DNA of 64,000 nt from NCBI GenBank assembly GCA_965248755.1, contig OZ252149.1, positions 1,088,001 to 1,152,000 of the forward strand. Direction: 5' to 3'. A program made the position numbers and the translations under genes. The notes below the pieces were generated by a model. It did not search any database, was not told where the DNA came from, and worked only from the letters and a program-made list of their open reading frames with translations. Origin of the DNA: Candidatus Latescibacterota bacterium. Its GTDB lineage: Bacteria; Latescibacterota; CBDEFO01. Shown one piece after another: positions 30,868 through 39,398 of this stretch (the stretch's first letter is position 1; each line of letters begins with the position of its first letter).

Positions 30868-32604
30868 ATGAAGATACCCAGTAACCGCTCACAACAGACA
30901 GCCAAGGACTCAAAGCTCTTTCCGCACCTGGCCGCTTGGCTCAACGCTGATAAGCAAGACTACGTCGGGCCGAATTTCCTGTCCGTCTTCCCCGAATGCA
31001 TTCACCCGGTTAGGGAAAAGCTGGCGGGTGATCCGCACCGACCCGGGTACCACTTCCTGCCACCGACTGGCTACGGGTGGGACGTGGAGGGACCGATTCA
31101 GTTCGACGGACGATACCACTTGTTCTATCTTATCACACCCCACGGTGCGAAGCCCTCGGGTCTGAGCCAATGCTGGGGGCACGCCGTCAGCGAGGACCTG
31201 GTTCACTGGCGCGACCTTCCCATAGCACTGGCGCCGCAGGATGAGAACGGCCCTCATGGCTATGACAACGCCGGGATCTATACCGGCTCGACGGTGATCA
31301 ATAACGGCGTGCCCACCATCATATACACTTCGCCCAGAATCGGCGGCAAGAGTATAGCCACAAGTGACGACGCCATGGTCACCTGGAAGCGCCACCCTGA
31401 TAACCCCGTGATCCCGGCAAGGGGCGCCGATGGAGAGCGTCTTAACCTGGATGTGTTCGCCTGGTGGGACGAGGACGATCAGACCTGGTACGCGCTGATC
31501 GGTGGGCTGGCCGGCGATGCGCAGAACGACGCCGGGCAGAACGTCGGCACTACCTATCTCTTCCAATCCGACGATCTGGTGAACTGGAGATACCTCAACC
31601 CTCTGCTGAAAGGCAAATCACCCGCCGTCTCCGGCGAACAGTGGGACATGTCGCACATGTTTAAGTTAGGCGATAAACACGTGTTGCTGATCACCGCCTA
31701 CCAGCCGGAGAAGGCAAGAATAAACCCGGCTTTCGATATGACGAGGGAGTTGGGATGGGTCGGCCGCTTTTCGGATCATCGTTTCATCCCCGAATCCGAA
31801 GCGTTTGTTCTGGACCCCGGGGGCTACTATGGCTGTGCGATGAGCTTCGAGGATGACAAGAATAGGCACATCATCTTCGGGTTGGTCTGGGAGGGTAACA
31901 GCCCGTGGTGCCGCGCCAGAGACGAAGCGGCAGACCTGGGACAGGAGAATGAGCAGCCCTCCAAGGAGGATCCGGAGAACAAAACGCCCATCGAGTGGTG
32001 GAGTAACATCTACTCTCTGCCCCGCGTGCTCACGCTGCGACCTGACGGCACATTAGGCCAGGAGCCGGTGGAGGAACTCAAGAGTCTGCGGCGGCAGCAC
32101 TGGCACTACGAGCGGATGCCGATTACCGAATCCGGATCGAATTTTGTGCCGAAAGTCCAGGGAGATATGCTGGAGATCATCGCGGTGATTGACCCCGGTG
32201 ACGCCGATGCCGTCGGCATCAAGGTTCTCTGTTCGCCCGACCGCAAGGAGCAGACGCTCTTCATCTACGACCGCAAGAAGAGAGAGTTCATCGCCGATCA
32301 GACCCACGCAAGCCTCGACCCCGAAACGCTGGTCATGAGAAAGGGCGGCAGTTACCCAAACCTGCCGGTGTACAGCGGCGACCTGGATCTGCCCGATGAT
32401 GAGGTGCTTGAGTTGCACGTCTTTGTAGATCGCTCGGTGATCGAGGTCTTTCCCAACAGCAGATTCTGCATGACGCAGCGCGTCTATCCTACGCGTGCCG
32501 ACAGCAAGGGCATCGACGTGTTCGCCCGCGGCGGCGATGCGACGCTCGTCTCGCTGGATGCCTGGGAGCTCGAGCCGATCTGGCCGGTCACCCCGGGACG
32601 GTGA
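30868..32604 (+). CDS. GH32-fold glycoside hydrolase with non-canonical motifs
   Basis: RPGYHF, YHLFY, WGHAVSEDLVHW, YTGS, SLPRVL and VDRSVIEVF. Start at ATG 30868 behind AAAGGA. Confidence 0.9.
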   Translation: MKIPSNRSQQTAKDSKLFPHLAAWLNADKQDYVGPNFLSVFPECIHPVREKLAGDPHRPGYHFLPPTGYGWDVEGPIQFDGRYHLFYLITPHGAKPSGLSQCWGHAVSEDLVHWRDLPIALAPQDENGPHGYDNAGIYTGSTVINNGVPTIIYTSPRIGGKSIATSDDAMVTWKRHPDNPVIPARGADGERLNLDVFAWWDEDDQTWYALIGGLAGDAQNDAGQNVGTTYLFQSDDLVNWRYLNPLLKGKSPAVSGEQWDMSHMFKLGDKHVLLITAYQPEKARINPAFDMTRELGWVGRFSDHRFIPESEAFVLDPGGYYGCAMSFEDDKNRHIIFGLVWEGNSPWCRARDEAADLGQENEQPSKEDPENKTPIEWWSNIYSLPRVLTLRPDGTLGQEPVEELKSLRRQHWHYERMPITESGSNFVPKVQGDMLEIIAVIDPGDADAVGIKVLCSPDRKEQTLFIYDRKKREFIADQTHASLDPETLVMRKGGSYPNLPVYSGDLDLPDDEVLELHVFVDRSVIEVFPNSRFCMTQRVYPTRADSKGIDVFARGGDATLVSLDAWELEPIWPVTPGR

Positions 32605-32886
32605 GCGACAGCGGTTTGGCGATCATTGGGCAGGACACTTATTCGGCCGAATTTGGCAAGCTCCTACCCATTTCAAATAGGTAGGAGCTCGGTACGAGGA
32701 GATGGAATTCGGGGATACAAAAAGGCAGAGGCTGTTATAGTTACAGATAACACAAGGTAATGCTACAATATTAGGCACCTTTATATGTTGCGAAGAGTCA
32801 ATTATTGCTGCATGTTAAGGTTTGCAAATATGCAGCTACTGCAGATGTACAAATTTTGGAGATTATCGGACGGTCGATTTCTTTGT

Positions 32887-32990
32887 CAACTTGGACATGC
32901 GTCCATCACAACGACGCTGGATCGGTATGTTCATCTGATGCCGGAGGTTCACCGGGAGGCAGCGGAACGACTGGATGATCAGTTGTCTGG
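32887..32990 (+). pseudogene. Tyrosine integrase C-terminal remnant
   Basis: QLGHASITTTLDRYVHLMPEVHREAAERLD (box II and catalytic Tyr). Confidence 0.85.
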
Positions 32991-33073
32991 CGGATTTGGG
33001 AGATTTATAGTAGAAAAAGAGCAGAAATACGAAGCAAGGATTTACAATGATTTTTGTAACTCCTTGCTTTTAT

Positions 33074-33120
33074 TGGTGGGGCTGAGGGGGATCAAATCCG
33101 TGACCTGTTGTCTTCCAGAC
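33074..33120 (-). mobile_element. att core: degenerate copy of the tRNA-Ala 3' half
   Basis: 41/47 identical to 41979-42025. Homology stops just past the anticodon loop. Confidence 0.85.
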
Positions 33121-33411
33121 TGCTTTAGGTTTTCCTTCCTCTTTCGTGTTGTTTCCTAACTCTTTATTTTATTTAGGCTAACAACCCTTCGCCTTTTACG
33201 GTATTTCTTTCTTTTTCGCAGTGTTTTGGCTTGTTCCAGTAGAAATTAAGTAGAAGTTTGGTAGAAAAGTAAAGGACAAAATTTCCCAGGGCTATTGAGT
33301 GTTCCCAGAAGTGTTGGTTGGGTAGGAGCGAAGCAACGTATCATGTCCAATCAGGGCTCTCTCACCCCCGGACTGAGAACTGTAAACTCTGTGGCAACTT
33401 ACAATCATCTA

Positions 33412-33440
33412 TTGACATTCACTATCTTATTTTGTATCTT
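33412..33440 (+). promoter_or_regulatory. Putative sigma70 promoter, copy 1
   Basis: TTGACA-17 bp-TATCTT upstream of the dipeptidase gene. Confidence 0.6.
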
Positions 33441-33568
33441 CCCTCCTGATTGATCGACACCTTAGGCAGCTACCTAATCCATCAGATCCCCTGTAGAATT
33501 ACTTATCAGGACAATAACGCAGTGTTGTATGGACTGTGACAGAAGTGGAATATTTTAGGGAGTAGAAG

Positions 33569-34576
33569 ATGGAACTTGAGACGAGAAGAATCTACGATGA
33601 AGCGATCGTAATAGACGGTCTGAACGTGAGCAATTGGAACAGCGTCGCCGTTTTCGACGCCCTGCGCGCCGGTAACGTTACCGCCATAAATGCAACTGTG
33701 GCGACCTGGGATAACTTTCAGCAGACCATGGACCACATGGCCGCCTGGCAGCGCCGCTTTCGCGAACGCTCCGACATCCTGAAGGTAGGAAGCACCTATG
33801 ATATCCGCGCTGCCAAGGAAAGCGGTAAGACAGGAATCATACTCGGCTTTCAAAATGCTTCCCCCATCGAGAACGATCTGGACCGACTTGGACTATTTCA
33901 CGCTTTAGGCGTACGGGTTATCCAGCTCACGTACCACGAACGGAACCTGCTCGGCAACGGATGTTGGGAGCGACGCGACGAGGGGCTTAGCAATTTCGGC
34001 ATTGACGCCGTTCGGGAGATGAACGCACTGGGTATCGTCATCGATCTGTCCCACGTGGGAGACCGGACCACCCTTGAAGCCATCGAGACATCCGAGCAGC
34101 CCGTTGCCATCACTCATGCGAACGCGCGCAGCTTTTGCGATCACCCGCGAAATCGAACAGAAGAATCGCTGAAGCTGATGGCCGAAAAGGGTGGAGTGGT
34201 GGGCGCCTGTTCTTTTGCAAATTTCCTTCCCACTGGATTCGATTCCACCATAGACGATTTCGTTGACGCCATTGACGACATGGTGCAGCGTGTCGGAATC
34301 GACCACGTCGGAATTGGCACTGACAACACGCAGGACCAGCCCCTCCCCTTCTGGCACTACCTTGTCTCGCAGCAGGGCACGAAATACCCCGCCACTTTCG
34401 CCGACACATCTCTGCGCTACGACGAATTGGTTTTCCAGCCGAAGGGCATGGAGACGCCCGCCGAATTTCCGAATCTCGTGGGCGCTTTGATAAATCGAGG
34501 CTACGAGTCGGAAGACATCACCAAGATCATCGGTGGTAACTGGCTACGGCTGTTTGAACAGGTGTGGAAGGTGTGA
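33569..34576 (+). CDS. Membrane (renal-type, M19) dipeptidase family protein
   Basis: IVIDGL, LGFQN, GVRVIQLTY, IDLSHV, THAN, HPRN and DHVGIGTD. Confidence 0.92.
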   Translation: MELETRRIYDEAIVIDGLNVSNWNSVAVFDALRAGNVTAINATVATWDNFQQTMDHMAAWQRRFRERSDILKVGSTYDIRAAKESGKTGIILGFQNASPIENDLDRLGLFHALGVRVIQLTYHERNLLGNGCWERRDEGLSNFGIDAVREMNALGIVIDLSHVGDRTTLEAIETSEQPVAITHANARSFCDHPRNRTEESLKLMAEKGGVVGACSFANFLPTGFDSTIDDFVDAIDDMVQRVGIDHVGIGTDNTQDQPLPFWHYLVSQQGTKYPATFADTSLRYDELVFQPKGMETPAEFPNLVGALINRGYESEDITKIIGGNWLRLFEQVWKV

Positions 34577-34816
34577 CCGGAACAGGATCGGAAGAGGCAA
34601 GCCTGTGGAGTTCATCGTATCGGGACGGGATCCAGAAAGGATTGGTGTTCCTGGTTTTGGCAACGGTGAAGAACTGGCGGCCTATGTGATCGGTAAGGTA
34701 GGCGGTTCCGTGGGCCTGTCCTCTTGGGGCGCCCGCCAATAGAATGTAGGATAGCAGACTTGCCCTTCCATATTTTAAGTAAACTATTTTTAGTCTTTTC
34801 ACTAACAGGAGGCGTC

Positions 34817-35617
34817 ATGCTTAGAATCGTGTTCTTACCTGTATGTATCGCAGTTTTCCTGGTGTTTGGTGTAAGCGCGGCTCAAGCTGCTGAGCCGCGC
34901 GCAATAATTGAAAAAATGATCAAGGCTATTGGTGGCCAAGACCGGCTTCATGAACTGCAGGACGTTGAGTATACTTACACTTATCACGTGCTCAGCGAGA
35001 ATAAGAAGGATGTTTCGCTCGAAAAATATATTTTCAATGGCGAGCTCTCGTGGGCGAAATACACGACCCGTCAGAAGTACGCCTTCCCGCAGATGAGTGG
35101 TGAGATTGTTCAAGGTTTTGACGGCGAAAAGAGCTGGATGCTCCGTGACGGGTCTGCGGTTCATAACAGCGATCCTCAGATTTACAAATTGGTCGACTTT
35201 TCCAGGAAGACAAATTACTATTGGTTCACGATGATGTTCAAACTGCTGGACCCTGGTATTATTTATGAAAATCAGGGTAGCAAAGAGGTCGATGGAAAAG
35301 ATTATGATGTCGTGAAGGTTTCCTACGAAGAAGGTGTTGGGGACGCTCAGGATACTTACATTCTTTACGTTAACAAAGAGACCCACCTCGTTGATCATTT
35401 CCTCTTTACTGTGATGGATTTCGGCCTTGCTGAGCCATTTTGGACGAATGTTTCTTACGAGGTGATTGAAGGCGTGAAATTTCCTACAAAGAGAAGAATT
35501 GTGGCTTCTAATTGGGAAGGAAAGCCTAAGGATGACAATTGGGTTGAGGCGACGTGCACGAACATCAAATTCAAGAATGGTTTCGATCGGTCGTTGTTTT
35601 CCGAACCGATGAACTAG
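34817..35617 (+). CDS. Secreted hypothetical protein (DUF6503-like / LolA-like fold)
   Basis: RBS AGGAGG and signal peptide ending AQA; KAIGG, NYYWFTMMFKLLDPG and GDAQDTYILY patterns. Confidence 0.6.
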   Translation: MLRIVFLPVCIAVFLVFGVSAAQAAEPRAIIEKMIKAIGGQDRLHELQDVEYTYTYHVLSENKKDVSLEKYIFNGELSWAKYTTRQKYAFPQMSGEIVQGFDGEKSWMLRDGSAVHNSDPQIYKLVDFSRKTNYYWFTMMFKLLDPGIIYENQGSKEVDGKDYDVVKVSYEEGVGDAQDTYILYVNKETHLVDHFLFTVMDFGLAEPFWTNVSYEVIEGVKFPTKRRIVASNWEGKPKDDNWVEATCTNIKFKNGFDRSLFSEPMN

Positions 35618-35740
35618 CGTCGCGATTCCTAAACGTATAGGTATCATAAAGCAGGTTTATCGATGGTTCGGTCGAGGATGTCAGGGGTTGTTTGAGTGTC
35701 CCTCGTAGTCTGCCCCCACCCTTCCCTGGGCTGGCACAGC

Positions 35741-35818
35741 GCACAACACCGACTGCCAGCCTTCGCTTCGCTCCGGAGAAACCTGCTGCACAGGTTCGGG
35801 CACTCTCGAACGTTATGC
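35741..35818 (+). mobile_element. Putative integron attC-like site
   Basis: Begins (C)GCACAAC and ends GTTATGC(G), complementary except for one base; internal imperfect palindromes; a sharp drop in GC follows. Confidence 0.5.
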
Positions 35819-35878
35819 GAAATTGCAAACGAGCTATTAATTCTCAAAAGTATGCTATCACCTATCAGGTTATACAAA

Positions 35879-37198
35879 ATGGTAAAAATAACTCTTGACT
35901 CAGAATACAAAAAATCACTGCTATATCTAACAAAATGGGTGGTTATTGCAATTCTCGCCGGAGTTATTGGAACATTCATCGTACGATCATTCACCTATCT
36001 ACTGAAAACTATAAGCAGTTACTTGCTAATCACACAACTACCTCTTCCCCTATGGAGCATTTTAGGTGCTGTTATAGTAGGAGCCTCAATCTATCGTATT
36101 GAACCCGGAGCATCAGGAGAGGGCATTCCTTCATATTTGAGGGGTATTAGTTATAACAAAGGTAAGCTTCCCTTCTCCGAAACTTTCTTTAAATTTTGGG
36201 CTGCCCTTGCAACAATATCAACGTTTGGAAATGGAGGTATTGTTGGCCCCTTAGGAAGGGTTTCGTCTGGTCTTATGTCATCAATTGGGGGAAAAATTGG
36301 ATTTTCTGATTATGATGTTAGAACTGCATCCATTTGTGGACTTGCTGCAACCGTGGGTGCAATATTTCACAGTTCTATAGGAGGAGGCATTTTTGCTGTA
36401 GAAATAATACAAAAATCTGAAATGAGATATAGTGATCTGTTTCCTTCAATTTTGGCTAGTTCGATAGCAGTTTATATATGTAAAGTTTTTGGATGGGAGA
36501 CCTTTTATCCAATCAAAGCAGTAAATGAATTCATGGACGTGAAAATACTTGGTTGGCTCTTAGTGTTGGCTATTTTAGCCGGCTTACTTGGTAAGGCATA
36601 CACAAATTTTTATGCAAGAATATCCAAGCTCATGAAAAGAGAAAAGGTTAGCAATATTTTATTGAAGGTAATCCTTGGTTCGTTTGTAGCCTCCTCATTT
36701 GCATGGGTTGTAAACCCTGATCTTCTTGGAACAAGCGAAAATATTATTGTCTCTATATTTAACAATGATAATATAATCTTATATGGAAATCTCAGCAACT
36801 CAATTCCAATTGCTCTTATTCTTATAATCATGCTGATAGTAAAAGCTATTGCAAATTGTATAACGGTCGGATCAGGGATGAGTGCAGGCTTCACTGGTCC
36901 AGCAGCTATCATTGGGATGCTTCTTGGAGCTTCCATGGCTAATTTATTAGGTATTGATAATTTTTCAGCAAGTTATTCTGCTTTTATTGCTGGGGGATTT
37001 TGCGGTGTGCTTGCAAGTAGTATGAATATTCCTATAGCAGCAAGTGTAATGACAATCGAAACTTTTGGTTTGCAATACAGTTTTCCAGCAGGACTTGCTG
37101 CAGTTGTTGGTTTTCAGGTGAATAGACATAATACCATTTATGATTATGCTTTTATCACTAAAGATGATGAAGCAAGCGACGATTATGATAAACGGTAG
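35879..37198 (+). CDS. ClC (voltage-gated chloride channel) family protein, AT-rich
   Basis: GEGIP, GGIVGP, AIFHSSIGGGIFAVE and GSGMSAGFTGP motifs; many TM helices. Confidence 0.85.
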   Translation: MVKITLDSEYKKSLLYLTKWVVIAILAGVIGTFIVRSFTYLLKTISSYLLITQLPLPLWSILGAVIVGASIYRIEPGASGEGIPSYLRGISYNKGKLPFSETFFKFWAALATISTFGNGGIVGPLGRVSSGLMSSIGGKIGFSDYDVRTASICGLAATVGAIFHSSIGGGIFAVEIIQKSEMRYSDLFPSILASSIAVYICKVFGWETFYPIKAVNEFMDVKILGWLLVLAILAGLLGKAYTNFYARISKLMKREKVSNILLKVILGSFVASSFAWVVNPDLLGTSENIIVSIFNNDNIILYGNLSNSIPIALILIIMLIVKAIANCITVGSGMSAGFTGPAAIIGMLLGASMANLLGIDNFSASYSAFIAGGFCGVLASSMNIPIAASVMTIETFGLQYSFPAGLAAVVGFQVNRHNTIYDYAFITKDDEASDDYDKR

Positions 37199-37334
37199 AA
37201 TAATTTTGAAGATATTATTCCTTTATGTCCAAGTAATTAGACATGAGAAAGACACATTCATACCGCTCCCCGGTCAGGCAAAGCATCACGGCCCACAAAG
37301 GGCCTGAACGGTTACTAAGATTGGAGGAATCGAT

Positions 37335-39107
37335 ATGGAATGGAATTGTCTTTGTGTAATAAGTATTATGTTTTGCCTTGCGGTTATTGCGCCTAATGCT
37401 GGTTGTGGGGCAAAGTCTGCGGCAGCGGAAGAAATTGAGATCCTCAAAATCACCGTCGGTAAGCCAACCTTCCTGCACCCTATGAGGTATCAGAATGCCG
37501 CGAGTCTGTCCGTCTCTCGGACTGGGGTTGTCGCGGCCTTCTATCCAAAGGGGCCGAAGTATTACCGAACGTCCACAGACGGCGGAGTCACCTGGGGGCC
37601 GCAGATGGATTCTCCGGCCCAACTGGGTGGCGGCAGCGCCAGCGTGGCCTTGCGCGACGGCGGAGTGCTCAAGATCCTCACCACTGATGAGAAAACTATA
37701 GGTGAAGCGGAGTTCCACAAATCCCCGATGACGGGAGAATACGAGGACGGCTGGTTCACGCTTCACTCGACGTTTGCCTGGTTCAACGACGATTTTACCA
37801 AATATGAAGTCGCGCCGGTCCAGGTCTACATGCCCGACGCTGTGACCACCAAACAGACCCACCTGGCCATGTCAACTTGGCCAATCTTCGCCGATGACAA
37901 GATTATCCAACTGGCCAATGGCGATCTGTTAGCTTCGATGCAAGGTATCTTCAAAGGCGACACCACAGCTCGCACGATACTTTGCCTGTCCAGTGATCGG
38001 GGCCACACGTGGCGTTACTACGCGACTGTTGCGGTTGACCCGGAGGACCCGAACCCGGAGCTCCCGGGATGGTACCTCGGCTACGCTGAGTCGACCACAG
38101 AGCTTCTTCCCAACGGACAGATGATCTGTGTCATGCGAACCCAATATGCACACATAAACGCAGAATACCGACCGCTGCATGTGAGCTGGTCGGATGATCT
38201 GGGCAAGACATGGACCAAACCGGTGGCAACCGAGCCGCACCTGATGAACATCTGCCCTGAATTAGCCGTTTTGGACAACGGCGTGGTGGCCTGCGAGTAT
38301 GGACGGCCGGGCTTTCACATCGCCTTTAGTCTGGACAACGGCCATACGTGGCAAGACCGGATCAGCTTCTCACATCTTCATGAGCCGATCATTACCGGCC
38401 AGTTCGACATGATCAAAGCTGGTCCGAACAAACTGGTGGCGATTGGCAACGACGCTGAGGGCTTGAAGGTGTGGCCGGTCTCCGTGGAGCGTGTGAAGGT
38501 ATCGCCGGCTTACGTGAGTCTGGAGGGCAGCGTGTTGGACCATCAAGGCAATCCCATTGCCAATGCAGCGGTCGAGCGCAGCCCCAACCGCTACGCGTCC
38601 GACGACTGGCTTGAAGATACGGAACTGGACGCCTGGGGTAGTCCAAACTTAATCGGCAATGCCAAGCTCGCGTTCCGATCGATTCAACCATCCAACGAGT
38701 ATCCAATCGTGCAGACAGACGCCCAGGGACGCTTCCGTATTGACGATGTCAAACTGGGTGAATACGTGCTCACCGTGGAGGCGGACAGATATGCGCCGCA
38801 GCATCGTCACATCAAGGTCGAGCCGGAAGCCAGGCCGCAGGACTTCAGGCTCAAGCCGGGGCGGCTCCTGCGCGGAAGGGTCGTGGATGAGCGTGGCAAA
38901 ATGATCGGCGGTGTCTGCGTTGTGCTGAATCGCTGGCACTGCCACACCGACCCATTTGGGTATTTTCACTGGTCAGTCGAAGCTCCAGAGCCAGAGCGGG
39001 TGACGCTGCGAGTCTACAAGCGTTACAGCGATCAATACGAGACACTCAAGGAAACAGTGCCGTTCTCAGAGCTGGAGCGCCAGCCGATCATCCTCCGGCC
39101 CAAGTAG
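37335..39107 (+). CDS. BNR propeller plus carboxypeptidase-regulatory-like domains, paralog 5 (most divergent)
   Basis: Same architecture as paralogs 1-4; RBS GGAGG. Confidence 0.9.
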   Translation: MEWNCLCVISIMFCLAVIAPNAGCGAKSAAAEEIEILKITVGKPTFLHPMRYQNAASLSVSRTGVVAAFYPKGPKYYRTSTDGGVTWGPQMDSPAQLGGGSASVALRDGGVLKILTTDEKTIGEAEFHKSPMTGEYEDGWFTLHSTFAWFNDDFTKYEVAPVQVYMPDAVTTKQTHLAMSTWPIFADDKIIQLANGDLLASMQGIFKGDTTARTILCLSSDRGHTWRYYATVAVDPEDPNPELPGWYLGYAESTTELLPNGQMICVMRTQYAHINAEYRPLHVSWSDDLGKTWTKPVATEPHLMNICPELAVLDNGVVACEYGRPGFHIAFSLDNGHTWQDRISFSHLHEPIITGQFDMIKAGPNKLVAIGNDAEGLKVWPVSVERVKVSPAYVSLEGSVLDHQGNPIANAAVERSPNRYASDDWLEDTELDAWGSPNLIGNAKLAFRSIQPSNEYPIVQTDAQGRFRIDDVKLGEYVLTVEADRYAPQHRHIKVEPEARPQDFRLKPGRLLRGRVVDERGKMIGGVCVVLNRWHCHTDPFGYFHWSVEAPEPERVTLRVYKRYSDQYETLKETVPFSELERQPIILRPK

Positions 39108-39123
39108 GGTCAAAATACTACGC

Positions 39124-39300
39124 ATTACCGTTGGAGTAAGGATTTTTTAGAAGCAGGTAAGAAACGCTTGCGTGGAGATACAGTAAGAGCAGCCAATGCA
39201 TCAGGCGTCAAACATATTCGCCAGGAGAACGCTCATTTAAAGCAATTGGTAGCTGATCTGTCATTGAAGAATGATGTATTAAAAAAAAGCTTGAATGGTT
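39124..39300 (+). mobile_element. IS3-family OrfA transposase fragment
   Basis: HYRWSKDFLEAGKKRLRGDTVRAAN...LKQLVADLSLKNDVLKKS (HTH end and leucine zipper, ending at an A-run). Confidence 0.8.
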
Positions 39301-39398
39301 TGGAATCAGACAGGGCAGACAGAGGTCTCGGTTCTTTATTTGCCTGCCAGCAATTAAATATAGTACAACTCAGTAAATAAAAATTTAGGGCGTCAAAA

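Larger units (their letters stand above)
32679..33120 (+). repeat. ~440-bp direct repeat, copy 1 (integrase 3' remnant plus degenerate tRNA 3' half)
   Basis: Aligns along its whole length to 41583-42025 with scattered substitutions. Confidence 0.92.

Noticed and set aside
33074..33120. A second functional tRNA gene
   Set aside because: Only the 3' half is present, with substitutions in the T-loop and anticodon; treated as an att remnant.
32785..33159. ORFs 32785-33159 and 41689-41883 as genuine small proteins
   Set aside because: The two repeat copies do not keep the same frame. Only the integrase tail is meaningful.
7251..39107. Calling the BNR proteins true sialidases (nanH)
   Set aside because: Asp-boxes show the fold only. 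The RIP motif, Arg triad and Tyr nucleophile could not be confirmed by eye.
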